Of a DNA stretch of 59,803 bases, positions 1 to 11,084 are shown in pieces. The notes beneath the pieces were generated by a model. The model worked only from the letters and a program-made list of their open reading frames with translations. It was not told the origin of the DNA and did not search any database. This stretch comes from a virus (Duplodnaviria; Caudoviricetes): positions 1 to 59,803 of the IMG/VR virus record IMGVR_UViG_3300032285_002123; one strand, 5' to 3'. Every line of letters starts with the position of its first letter. Positions within the stretch are counted from its first letter, which is position 1. The position numbers and the translations under genes are program-made.

Positions 1-112
1 ATTGTGGGAAATCGTCACCTTCGACGTTCCAGTGATAACCGTGACCCTTAAACTTTAGAGCTACGGTGTCGGCTGTAAGAGCCTTTAGCATTTCAACAAG
101 TTGTTCATTCAT
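1..112 (-). CDS. dps: Dps family ferritin-like DNA-protection protein (runs off the window edge)
   Basis: Manual translation MNEQLVEMLKALTADTVALKFKGHGYHWNVEGDDFPQ contains the Dps HxxHWNVxGxxF signature. Confidence 0.85.
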   Translation of the reverse strand, partial: MNEQLVEMLKALTADTVALKFKGHGYHWNVEGDDFPQ

Positions 113-118
113 AATAAA

Positions 119-127
119 AGTATACCA
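119..127 (-). promoter_or_regulatory. Extended -10 promoter (TGG-TATACT), leaderless dps
   Basis: The -10 hexamer lies 6 nt upstream of the ATG and there is no SD. Confidence 0.7.
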
Positions 128-137
128 CATGTTTGAT

Positions 138-164
138 GGACAGTTTAAAGTCGTGTCCAGGACT
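138..164 (-). ncRNA. Compact H-type pseudoknot candidate
   Basis: AGUC-CU-GGACA-C-GACU-UUAAAC-UGUCC: stem 1 AGUC/GACU and stem 2 GGACA/UGUCC are interleaved; intergenic position. Confidence 0.55.
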
Positions 165-169
165 ATTTC

Positions 170-535
170 TTATTCTTTTTCTGGTAAGAAGCTTATTAGC
201 ATCTCATAGGCAAGCTCTACATCAGCTTCAGTATCATCAGAATCTATTGCAATTCTTAGTGTCTCAATTGCTTCCTGAACATCTTCGATATACTTAAATG
301 CCCAGTCACGAGACTCTGAAACAAACTTTAGGAATCCCTCAGTTTTTTCAACATTGCTGTTCTGAGATTCTTTTTCCATCTTATCAACTAAAGCAATAAC
401 TTGAAGTTTTGCTGTTAGCATTTCAGACTGATATCTCTTAGCCTTTACAGAAAAAACTATTACCAACACAATTAGTGTTGCAACGGTAATCCCATAAACT
501 AAAAATGCAATTAGGTTAGTTAGATTCGTCATCAT
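170..535 (-). CDS. Hypothetical membrane-anchored protein
   Basis: N-terminal hydrophobic helix followed by a coiled-coil/acidic region; tightly packed in operon. Confidence 0.75.
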   Translation of the reverse strand: MMTNLTNLIAFLVYGITVATLIVLVIVFSVKAKRYQSEMLTAKLQVIALVDKMEKESQNSNVEKTEGFLKFVSESRDWAFKYIEDVQEAIETLRIAIDSDDTEADVELAYEMLISFLPEKE

Positions 536-770
536 TTTCTATAGCCTCTCTAGAGACATTTACAATAATGTCAAAAGACTCAAGCATCTTTTTTACTGCA
601 TTAATGTAGTCTACAATCTCAATGGCACGTTCATCAGAAATGTCAACAAGATCATATGGGTTTACTTCAATTGTGATGTAGCTCTCAAACTCAATTAAAG
701 TTACCGCAAAGTCTTGAGGTGCTTTGATAGCGTGAAATGATTTTGCTATTTCTTCTGTATATTTACTCAT
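516..770 (-). CDS. Hypothetical protein
   Basis: 84-aa ORF packed in operon. Confidence 0.7.
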   Translation of the reverse strand: MSKYTEEIAKSFHAIKAPQDFAVTLIEFESYITIEVNPYDLVDISDERAIEIVDYINAVKKMLESFDIIVNVSREAIENDDESN

Positions 771-771
771 T

Positions 772-1059
772 TTATTTATCCATGGTTAGTGAAGACCAAG
801 TTTTTCCCCAGTCTTCTTTCGATCTGTGATTATTAAACTCTCGTGAAACTTTACCATTTTCTAGATAAACTCCACCCCATACACCATATTCTTTTTGTGA
901 AATTCCTACAGCAAAACATTGTTTTGCAATTGGACATTCAGAACAAAATTCATCTATGGCTGGTCTTAAGTCGACATCGTTTTCATATTTGTCAAAGAAG
1001 AGTTCTGTGTCCCAATCTTTACAGGCTGCTTCTTCTTTCCACTCATCCTTTTTGCTCAT
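772..1059 (-). CDS. whiB: WhiB family Fe-S transcription factor
   Basis: AAC...CSECPIAKQC...YGVWGG gives four Cys plus the GVWGG turn; ATG at 1059 preferred to TTG at 1071. Confidence 0.92.
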   Translation of the reverse strand: MSKKDEWKEEAACKDWDTELFFDKYENDVDLRPAIDEFCSECPIAKQCFAVGISQKEYGVWGGVYLENGKVSREFNNHRSKEDWGKTWSSLTMDK

Positions 1060-1273
1060 TATTTCTCGCAAACTTATTAGGAATGTCCCAACCGTCAGAT
1101 GATGGAGTGAAACGTTTTTGTTCTACCCATTGTCCGTTAACATAAGCTGCATTAACGGATGTGTAGGCAGTTGGTGATGGCTTAGACTCAATTACAGTCC
1201 ATCCATCCCAAGAAAGAGACTTGTTGTTTTTTACAATAGTCTCCATTACATCTAGAGAATTAATCTTCATCAT
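1043..1273 (-). CDS. Hypothetical protein (Trp-rich)
   Basis: 76-aa ORF overlapping both neighbours. Confidence 0.7.
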   Translation of the reverse strand: MMKINSLDVMETIVKNNKSLSWDGWTVIESKPSPTAYTSVNAAYVNGQWVEQKRFTPSSDGWDIPNKFARNNEQKG

Positions 1274-1631
1274 TCTCGCCTTCTGTATAGATTACCTTTT
1301 TTATTTGTGTTTCTTCAATTACTACCTGGCAACGAGTGCAAGGTTTGCTGTTCTGATCTTCACCTTGGCGATTTACCCTGGCAACATAAAGCACAGCACC
1401 CTTAACATTCCACTTTGCATCTCTTATAGCCTCTACCTCTGCATGAACAGAGCAGTGACTTTTAATATGCTCAGGGGAAACAAAGTAAGGATTGTTTCTA
1501 GTCTTGTTGTAACCAGTACCAATTACGCTACCGCCCTTAACAAGAATTGCTCCGTGTCGCTGCCGAGACTTTGACTTTTGTGCAAAGTATCTAGCAACAG
1601 ACAGGAAAGACTTTTCACGCTGACTCAACAT
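1260..1631 (-). CDS. Cytidine/dCMP deaminase superfamily zinc protein
   Basis: HAE and SKPCxxC catalytic motifs. Confidence 0.88.
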   Translation of the reverse strand: MLSQREKSFLSVARYFAQKSKSRQRHGAILVKGGSVIGTGYNKTRNNPYFVSPEHIKSHCSVHAEVEAIRDAKWNVKGAVLYVARVNRQGEDQNSKPCTRCQVVIEETQIKKVIYTEGENDED

Positions 1632-1981
1632 TAGTATCGATAAACCCCTACCTCAATATCTTTGCCTTCCGCAAGATCTACAATTGCTGGAATTGTTTCT
1701 TTTGGCTTGCTAAAATACAGGAGGTAGTCGATTGACGAAACATTGTTTGTTAGCCAACTTGGTGGAACTTTAATAAACTTAGTTTTAATGCCATAACCTT
1801 TAAGGCTACGCTCATTAATATTAAGGAATTCCAAGATGTAGTTATTGATCTGCTTTGGACCTGCAGAATAAACGATAAATTCTTTATCACCATCTGCAAG
1901 ACTTCTCATAGCTGTACCAATACCACGAAGAAAGATAGAGTAGTCATCAAAGTTTCTACTACCCTGGATTGCCACTATCAT
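1631..1981 (-). CDS. SLOG/YspA-like (DUF2493-like) protein
   Basis: N-terminal IVAIQGSRNFDDY matches the YspA-type SLOG motif. Confidence 0.6.
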   Translation of the reverse strand: MIVAIQGSRNFDDYSIFLRGIGTAMRSLADGDKEFIVYSAGPKQINNYILEFLNINERSLKGYGIKTKFIKVPPSWLTNNVSSIDYLLYFSKPKETIPAIVDLAEGKDIEVGVYRY

Positions 1982-2372
1982 TGTTCATACCTTCTCTAAG
2001 CTTTTCAACAATAAAAATTGTCTTTTCCAATTGTACCTTGTTCATGTTCATTGTGTCAACTTCTGTTGTGGTGTCATTATCTATTTCACCCTCTACAACA
2101 TCAGCCATAAACAAAGTGTTATCTTTGATCCAAAATGCCTGTTCATCAACAAATAAAATCTTTGTGCTTATTTTATCAAAATGTTTTGAAGATTGTGTTA
2201 CTGGACTATCTTCTGCTACTGAGGCTTTTTGAATTATGTGTTTAATTAGTTCAAATGAACTTGACTGATAATATTTTATTGGAAAGCTTTGTTGTTTAAC
2301 ATGGTTTGAGACAAACCTGTTTGTTGCTATCATCAAAATAACAGCAACGACGGCTCCAATCAAATACTCCAT
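1959..2372 (-). CDS. Hypothetical protein with N-terminal membrane anchor
   Basis: 137-aa ORF with a hydrophobic N-terminus. Confidence 0.75.
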   Translation of the reverse strand: MEYLIGAVVAVILMIATNRFVSNHVKQQSFPIKYYQSSSFELIKHIIQKASVAEDSPVTQSSKHFDKISTKILFVDEQAFWIKDNTLFMADVVEGEIDNDTTTEVDTMNMNKVQLEKTIFIVEKLREGMNNDSGNPG

Positions 2373-2379
2373 TTAAATC

Positions 2380-2718
2380 CTAATTGTTTTTAAAAATATT
2401 AATCATGTTAGAAACAACTTGCTGTTGTTCTTTTGTAAGATCTAAAGACTCAAGTGAGTCCTCGTCAAAACCTTCTGCAAAAGTAACCATAAAATCATCT
2501 TCATCTGCAGTTATTTCAAGAATTCCTTTTTCCCATAGAGATGTTACTACAGAATAAAAGTGTTGAGTAACATGGTCATAAAGTCCTGGGCTTACTTCTT
2601 TGAGATCTGGACTAAAGCTGTAAAGCATTTCACCATCTTCAGACATTCCAGCAGGTTCTACAGCACCTTCAAGAATAAGTGCTTCGATGATTGCATCTTC
2701 ATCTAGATTATCATTCAT
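2380..2718 (-). CDS. Hypothetical acidic protein
   Basis: 112-aa ORF with TAATG coupling to the upstream gene. Confidence 0.75.
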   Translation of the reverse strand: MNDNLDEDAIIEALILEGAVEPAGMSEDGEMLYSFSPDLKEVSPGLYDHVTQHFYSVVTSLWEKGILEITADEDDFMVTFAEGFDEDSLESLDLTKEQQQVVSNMINIFKNN

Positions 2719-2972
2719 TAGTTGTTCGCTCCTTTAAGGCGATTCTCGCTTTCCATTGTCCATCGTTCATCTACGATATCGAATGCAAAAGCCATTAGTT
2801 TTTCATAAGCTTTAGGGTTGTCTACAATTTTATTGTAGTGATGTCCACAAAAGAAAAGATCTCCAGTTACACCAGTAACTTTTGTTAGTGCAGCTGCTCC
2901 ACAGTCTGCAGAATCACAACGATCATTTAGAGTTAAGGTTCGTTCTTTTTGTTTTTCTTCCACTGTGTTCAC
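2718..2972 (-). CDS. Small zinc-binding protein (actinobacterial DRCD..C..FCGHH type)
   Basis: DRCDSADCGAAA...LFFCGHH motif; SD AAGGAG before GTG. Confidence 0.75.
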   Translation of the reverse strand: MNTVEEKQKERTLTLNDRCDSADCGAAALTKVTGVTGDLFFCGHHYNKIVDNPKAYEKLMAFAFDIVDERWTMESENRLKGANN

Positions 2973-2981
2973 AACAACTCC

Positions 2982-3158
2982 TTACTTATCTGTTGAATAA
3001 AATCCGCTTCCTTTAAAAGAAACGCTTATATTAGAGTATAACCGTTTTGTTAAAGAATTGCAAGTTTTGCAAAGAACTTCTTGCTCTGGATCATTAATTC
3101 CTCTATTAACAATTGTTATTTCATTACATGTTTTACATAGATATTCATATATTGCCAT
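2982..3158 (-). CDS. FmdB-family zinc-ribbon protein (58 aa, not in ORF track)
   Basis: MAIYEYLCKTC...CKTC...VSFKGSGFYSTDK, the typical FmdB signature. Confidence 0.85.
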   Translation of the reverse strand: MAIYEYLCKTCNEITIVNRGINDPEQEVLCKTCNSLTKRLYSNISVSFKGSGFYSTDK

Positions 3159-3174
3159 AATAATCCTTAACTAA

Positions 3175-3202
3175 GTATGCCCCCCAATTAAGGAGGGCAT
3201 AC
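3175..3202 (-). terminator. Hairpin terminator downstream of endolysin
   Basis: GTATGCCCTCC/GGGGGGCATAC inverted repeat just after the stop; weak U-tract. Confidence 0.6.
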
Positions 3203-3209
3203 CTATTTG

Positions 3210-3869
3210 TTAAATATGAGGTAGTGCCTTTGCAAGAGCAGCATATGTCTGAGGACCAGGAACACCGTCAATTCCTCCAGTGTAACCATATCCAGCCTTA
3301 AGCCACTTTTGAGTAGCAGTCCAAGTTAGCTGTCCTGGAACTCCGTCAATAGCCCCTGTGTAACCATAGTGAGCCTTTAGAAGTGTCTGAATCTTCTTCC
3401 ACTGATCTGCAGTTACAGCTGTTGGTGCAGCTGATGGTGAAGATGCTCCACCGTGAAGCGAACAGTGCCAAACCTCTGAGCTGATATCAAAAATTAGACC
3501 GTGATTAGAAAAGATGGCTTGAACAGTTGAATTCTGACGGCCTGGGCTAACATCAGCAGCCTGTCCCCAACCGTGAATACTAGTTCCTGGAACACCTGCA
3601 GTAGGAGTTTCACCACGCTTCATGCGTCCATACTGGAACCACTGGTTAGAAGTTCCTGTAGATGTCTTGTGTTCATCCTTAATGTACTGATCGGCTGGTA
3701 CACCAAGTGGACGATATCCTTCGTTAATTCCAATGTGAATACCGTGAGCACGAACTTCTGCAAGTGCTGCAACAATTGCTTTTGCCATGGTTGGCTCAAA
3801 ATAATTGCCTTCTACATTTACCATGTCTTTGAGTGGAATTTCACCATTCTTATAATTACCCCATGCCAT
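3210..3869 (-). CDS. Endolysin: M15 (VanY-like) zinc peptidase plus peptidoglycan-binding domain
   Basis: EGYR, SIHGWGQAADV and EVWH motifs; two C-terminal YTGxIDGVPGxxT PG_binding_1-type repeats. Confidence 0.88.
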   Translation of the reverse strand: MAWGNYKNGEIPLKDMVNVEGNYFEPTMAKAIVAALAEVRAHGIHIGINEGYRPLGVPADQYIKDEHKTSTGTSNQWFQYGRMKRGETPTAGVPGTSIHGWGQAADVSPGRQNSTVQAIFSNHGLIFDISSEVWHCSLHGGASSPSAAPTAVTADQWKKIQTLLKAHYGYTGAIDGVPGQLTWTATQKWLKAGYGYTGGIDGVPGPQTYAALAKALPHI

Positions 3870-3910
3870 TATCCAAGCACCTCCGAGTTATTGTTTGTAT
3901 AAAATGTCAT
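3869..3910 (-). CDS. Candidate 13-aa ORF (MTFYTNNNSEVLG) coupled to endolysin
   Basis: SD AGGAGGT 5 nt before its ATG; stop overlaps the endolysin start (TAATG). Confidence 0.4.
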   Translation of the reverse strand: MTFYTNNNSEVLG

Positions 3911-3927
3911 TTCATACCTCCTGTTAT

Positions 3928-4131
3928 TTATAGTTTATCAGAGGAAGGATCTTTTGCCTTTTGTCTCTCATATACCACTACTTTTCCTGGAGCTACATCG
4001 TCAAAATAGTATCTCCAGTCATTCATGTGCCACCTTTTCTTAGTTGCATAATTTGCAGCCATTGCATAAGTATCACAATAAATAATGTATTTAGCTCTAG
4101 TATCCATCCCATGAAAACCACGTTCTGTCAT
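3928..4131 (-). CDS. Hypothetical protein (leaderless start at 4131)
   Basis: TATAAT at 4138-4143 lies 6 nt before this ATG, so the track start at 4146 falls inside the promoter. Confidence 0.65.
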   Translation of the reverse strand: MTERGFHGMDTRAKYIIYCDTYAMAANYATKKRWHMNDWRYYFDDVAPGKVVVYERQKAKDPSSDKL

Positions 4132-4148
4132 AGTTCTATTATACACCG

Positions 4149-4225
4149 TGGCATGTCTGAGAATCGAACTCAGCTAACCGAAGGTACAGGATTTACAGTC
4201 CCGTGTCTGTCCCAGCAGCCATGCC
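4149..4225 (-). tRNA. tRNA-Tyr(GUA), non-canonical short D-arm
   Basis: Anticodon arm CGGGA-CTGTAAA-TCCTG, long variable arm, T-arm CTGAG-TTCGATT-CTCAG, acceptor GGCATG/CATGCC. Confidence 0.75.
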
Positions 4226-4230
4226 TTATT

Positions 4231-4320
4231 TTAATAATATTGATCTAAGTTTGGTGAACTATTTCCATTTTTGAGAAGTCTTAAAAATGTTCTATTTTTA
4301 TGACAATTTGATAATACCTC
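4231..4320 (-). pseudogene. Possible C-terminal remnant of an HNH endonuclease
   Basis: Start-less frame EVLSNCHKNRTFLRLLKNGNSSPNLDQYY* resembles the CxNCHRxRT end of small phage HNH proteins. Confidence 0.4.
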
Positions 4321-4326
4321 TTTTCG

Positions 4327-4399
4327 GGCCACCTGTCAGAATCGAACTGACGACATCCATATTACAAGTATGGCACTCTACCAACTGAGTTAAGGCGGC
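4327..4399 (-). tRNA. tRNA-Thr(UGU)
   Basis: Canonical cloverleaf, anticodon arm CCATA-CTTGTAA-TATGG; CCA not encoded. Confidence 0.95.
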
Positions 4400-4418
4400 T
4401 TAGTGTATTTCTACACAG

Positions 4419-4489
4419 AGCGAATGGAGAGAATCGAACTCTCACCGTCAGTTTGGAAGACTGAGGCACTACCATTATGCAACATTCGC
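4419..4489 (-). tRNA. tRNA-Gly(UCC)
   Basis: Canonical cloverleaf, anticodon arm TCAGT-CTTCCAA-ACTGA; CCA not encoded. Confidence 0.95.
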
Positions 4490-4498
4490 AGATACTCT

Positions 4499-4527
4499 AT
4501 TTTATCGTATCAATGTTTAGTTGTCAA
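4499..4527 (-). promoter_or_regulatory. SigA-type promoter of the tRNA cluster
   Basis: TTGACA-17 bp-TAAAAT ending 9 nt upstream of tRNA-Gly. Confidence 0.8.
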
Positions 4528-4528
4528 G

Positions 4529-4957
4529 CTAGCTTTCCTCAACATGTTTAATAAATTGTGTTTGAATTTCATGTACATGTTTTGTAAGTTTGTGAACTTC
4601 ATTTGTTAGTTTAAGAATATCTTTTGTCAAAGCTGTTATTTCCTGAAGCTCTTTATATTCAACTTCATATTCATGATCAGCTTTAGCTTCTGCAAATGCA
4701 GATTGTCTATTCTGAGCAATCATAACAAATGTAGACAAGAAAATAGCCTCAAGGCTTACGATCATTGTAAGAAAACCAAATGGGAACTTGTCAAGACCAA
4801 AAAATCCAGACCCCATCCATATACCAAAAACAACAATGTGAATATAAACAAACCCCATTGATCCAGCAAATGCTGTAATTTTATCAGCTATTCGCAAACT
4901 AAATGTATTTTTAGTAGATTCTTTATGCTGTTCTACTACTGGGTGTTTGTTGTCCAT
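4529..4957 (-). CDS. DUF1003 family membrane protein
   Basis: IADKITAFAGSM...FPFGFLTMIVSLEAIFLSTFVMIAQNRQ signature; leaderless (TGA-TATGAT 6 nt before ATG). Confidence 0.88.
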   Translation of the reverse strand: MDNKHPVVEQHKESTKNTFSLRIADKITAFAGSMGFVYIHIVVFGIWMGSGFFGLDKFPFGFLTMIVSLEAIFLSTFVMIAQNRQSAFAEAKADHEYEVEYKELQEITALTKDILKLTNEVHKLTKHVHEIQTQFIKHVEES

Positions 4958-4964
4958 ACACTAA

Positions 4965-5144
4965 TCATATCAGTATTTTGAACACATGACAGCAAGGATC
5001 TCCGCCCTCTTCCCATTCCTGGGCTTCATCATCTGTCATGTAAGGATCTCCATCGTGAGTGTAACAGAATGATTCTGAAATCCATCCTTTGGCTACCCCT
5101 TTTTCAACCCATTCTTGTAGTTCAAGAACGTCTTCATTGGTCAT
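4965..5144 (-). CDS. Hypothetical Cys/His protein (59 aa, not in track)
   Basis: MTNEDVLELQEW...FCYTHDG...GGDPCCHVFKILI; fills the gap and overlaps the upstream ORF. Confidence 0.7.
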   Translation of the reverse strand: MTNEDVLELQEWVEKGVAKGWISESFCYTHDGDPYMTDDEAQEWEEGGDPCCHVFKILI

Positions 5145-5255
5145 TATTTTTTACCATTTCTGCTAGCTTTTCCAAGAACATCTCTCTTTTTTCTTTACTT
5201 GACAAAATTGTAGCCATGTGGCTCCAAAATGCTAGTTCTTCATCTTTTTCTGACA

Positions 5256-5256
<1 letters not shown>
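5134..5256 (-). CDS. Hypothetical protein (40 aa, not in track)
   Basis: GTG start overlaps the nrdF stop (TAGTG). Confidence 0.55.
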
Positions 5257-8308
<3,052 letters not shown>

Positions 8309-8331
<23 letters not shown>

Positions 8332-8710
8332 TTAATTTCCTTAACCTTTCCTGTATCTCTGATACGTCTTCTGGTGTGCCAAACAGTTCTACCCTGCCTA
8401 AAACTGGCACACCAAATTTTTTAGATATTATGTCTGCAGCTTTGCAGTATGTTTTTCCAAAGTTTGTATTACCAAATCCAACAACTCCGACTAAATGATC
8501 TTGATTTGTTTTGATTGATAAAAAACTTTTGACTGGCTTTGGAACGTGATGTCCTTCGTTGCCAGCCCCATAAGTTGGCACAAGAAGAACATAGTCTCTA
8601 TATGCAACTGGTATTTCACTTACACTATAAGTATTTTCAATGCCAAGTTTATTTGCAAACCGCTTTGTATTTCCGCTACGATTTGAATAATAAACTATGT
8701 CTAATGACAT
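8309..8710 (-). CDS. nrdI: Flavodoxin NrdI
   Basis: [19 protein letters not shown] and GNTNFG motifs. Confidence 0.95.
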
Positions 8711-8749
8711 TTACACACTCACAGTCTGTTTTGTAATTGCTAGATTTCA

Positions 8750-8758
8750 ATTGTACCA
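8750..8758 (-). promoter_or_regulatory. Extended -10 promoter of nrdIEF (TGG-TACAAT)
   Basis: Intergenic TGnTACAAT about 40 nt upstream of nrdI. Confidence 0.65.
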
Positions 8759-8782
8759 TAGGGTTTATTTTAATCAAAACCC

Positions 8783-10567
8783 TTAGATGATTCTCATATC
8801 AAATTGATCCAAATATTCTTCAACTGCAGCTTTAGGTGCGTGAATAACATTGGTACGAACCAACTCTTCTTGAGGAAGTTTTGGTTTTTGAGAGAACTCG
8901 TGGATCTCAACTTCCTGGTTGATGTTTCTAGGGGTGTGTGAAATTGCCCCAAAGATTGCTCCACAAACAGCATCCGCCAAGTCCTTAGATGATTTACGAG
9001 GGTGGTCTACACGATTACCCTTCATAATCTTAAGCTCTGTAAGCTCTTCAAACAAAAGATCAATAGATGGCATGACTAGACGCTCTTCATAAACAAGCAT
9101 AGCCATGTCTTCATAGTGCTTCTTGGCAACAGAAACAGTCTCAGTTCTCATTCCTACAGACTTAAGTTCATTCTGAATATCAAAAGACTGCCAACGGTCA
9201 AAGCTAACCATACCAATGTCAAAACCTTGACGACGTAGGTTTTGAATCCATTGCTTAACCTCTGAAAGGTTTACAGGACCTTCTACCTTTGGCTCCCACC
9301 AGACTACAGCATCTACTACTACGATTGGTGCTACCTGTTGATAATCTTTAACTACCTGAATGTTTACCCACTTTTCAACGTGAGCAATAGCAACAGCACA
9401 CTTGTCATGCTTTTGTGCAAGGTCAGCATGGACATAGTATTTCTTATCTGGATCTGGAGTAAATGATTCGTCAAACCTTTTAAAGTTGTCAATAGGGTTT
9501 CTAGCGGTCATACAGGCACGAACTTTTTCTACCTGCTTAAAGAATGCATCTGACATGTATGTTGGGATACAAGCAAAGCGTTGCATCGCATCACCTAGGT
9601 CAGTGTAGAAAGCTAGTTTAAAATCATCTACTTTACGAGTAGGGTTTACCACCCAAGTAGGACGCTTAATTGCAAACATTCCAGGATACTTATAAGAAAG
9701 AATTGTATCCTCATCCCACTCAATCTCAAGGCTGTTGCCCTCAGCATCTTCTGGAAGATCTGGATTCATAATAAACTTGTGACGTTTTGTAACAACTTCC
9801 TTCTCAGCAATGACAGCATCATATCGTTGTGAAATAAAGTCACCAGGATAACGAGGGAATGACAGCAGTGCTACCTTACCAAGATCTGGGAAACGTGAGT
9901 CTACAGAAGCACGGAAGGCCTTGTAGATGTTATCAGCAGTCTTACCTTGATCATTACCAGTTCCAATCTCTGTAGCAAAACCAGAGATCTCATCAAGAAC
10001 GGCTAGGATAAGGTTAAGACCCTCATGACTCTCTCGCTCTGAGTGACCAGAATAAACTGTGATAGCTTTATCAAACTCAATTGATTCAGCTTTAGCATTA
10101 AACTTTCCAGCAAACCAAGGTGACTTCTCAATCTTAGTTTTAAAGCCTTTGAAGAAAACGTTCTTAGCTTGTTGTGCGTTAATAGCGATATTAATAATAT
10201 CAATAGCATCTCCAGAAGGCTTACCAAAATAACGTGCTGGATCTTTTAGGCATAGAAGTTTATATACGATATATGAACATGCTACTGTGGATACGAAGTC
10301 TTTACCGCTACCTTTGCCAAGCTGCAGGATAACTTCATTCTTAGTGTATTTGTTAAAATAACGCCTACCTTCAGTATCCCCTAGAATGTCGATTACATCC
10401 TCAAGCTTATAGATTTGGCTCATAGCTTCTACAATGTCATACTGAATGTCCGACAATGGTGGCTGACCAAGATAATCTTCACCCTCAACAAAAGTGCGAG
10501 CGTCTACTGGCATCTCATCAAAGTTACTATTCTTTAGTACCTCAAAGAACTCATTGAACATTGACAA
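8783..10567 (-). CDS. terL: Terminase large subunit
   Basis: Walker A LGKGSGKD, Walker B ILAVLDE, nuclease HADLA...SFDRWQS...SKDLADA. Confidence 0.93.
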   Translation of the reverse strand: MSMFNEFFEVLKNSNFDEMPVDARTFVEGEDYLGQPPLSDIQYDIVEAMSQIYKLEDVIDILGDTEGRRYFNKYTKNEVILQLGKGSGKDFVSTVACSYIVYKLLCLKDPARYFGKPSGDAIDIINIAINAQQAKNVFFKGFKTKIEKSPWFAGKFNAKAESIEFDKAITVYSGHSERESHEGLNLILAVLDEISGFATEIGTGNDQGKTADNIYKAFRASVDSRFPDLGKVALLSFPRYPGDFISQRYDAVIAEKEVVTKRHKFIMNPDLPEDAEGNSLEIEWDEDTILSYKYPGMFAIKRPTWVVNPTRKVDDFKLAFYTDLGDAMQRFACIPTYMSDAFFKQVEKVRACMTARNPIDNFKRFDESFTPDPDKKYYVHADLAQKHDKCAVAIAHVEKWVNIQVVKDYQQVAPIVVVDAVVWWEPKVEGPVNLSEVKQWIQNLRRQGFDIGMVSFDRWQSFDIQNELKSVGMRTETVSVAKKHYEDMAMLVYEERLVMPSIDLLFEELTELKIMKGNRVDHPRKSSKDLADAVCGAIFGAISHTPRNINQEVEIHEFSQKPKLPQEELVRTNVIHAPKAAVEEYLDQFDMRII

Positions 10568-11084
10568 TTGTGATTACCTCTTGTTCTTTGGATACCGCAG
10601 AAAGACGCTTCATAATCTCGTCACGGATCTGTGGATACTCAGAAGCAATGTCACGAAGAATGCCAACCAGGATATCCTGCTTACGTTCAATCTCAATCAT
10701 CTCTTCTGCAAGCTCTTTATTTTCTAGTAGACCAGCTTTTTGAAGCATGTCAATACGACGAGTCTCAATGTCAAGAACCAGTTTGATAGCTGCAGTCTTA
10801 GCACTTAAGTTTGCAGTTGTAGTAGCATCATCAATAACTTCATATGATTGCTTGATTAGTTTGTTGTAGTGGGTGTCAGCAGCTACAAGTGCTTCCTTAG
10901 CACGAGCACGAATGGCAGCATTATCTGCAGCCATCATCTTCCACTCATTGATGTGTGCCACAACCTTTGTACGAGGCATAGACAGCTCTTTAGAGATCTG
11001 TGTAGGTTCTGCACCCTGCAGATATTTATCTACAACCTTGTTTACTTCATCAAGGTGCTCAATGGTTTTTTGTTCAATCGACAT
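10551..11084 (-). CDS. Probable terminase small subunit
   Basis: HTH-like N-terminus plus helical region, directly upstream of and overlapping terL. Confidence 0.6.
   Translation of the reverse strand: MSIEQKTIEHLDEVNKVVDKYLQGAEPTQISKELSMPRTKVVAHINEWKMMAADNAAIRARAKEALVAADTHYNKLIKQSYEVIDDATTTANLSAKTAAIKLVLDIETRRIDMLQKAGLLENKELAEEMIEIERKQDILVGILRDIASEYPQIRDEIMKRLSAVSKEQEVITIVNVQ

Noticed and set aside
4993-5051. Direct repeat AAGGATCTCC
   Set aside because: Only two 10-nt copies, both encoding Gly-Asp-Pro within one small ORF
8711-8782. NrdR boxes upstream of nrdIEF
   Set aside because: No match to the acaCwAtATaTwGtgt-type palindrome is visible
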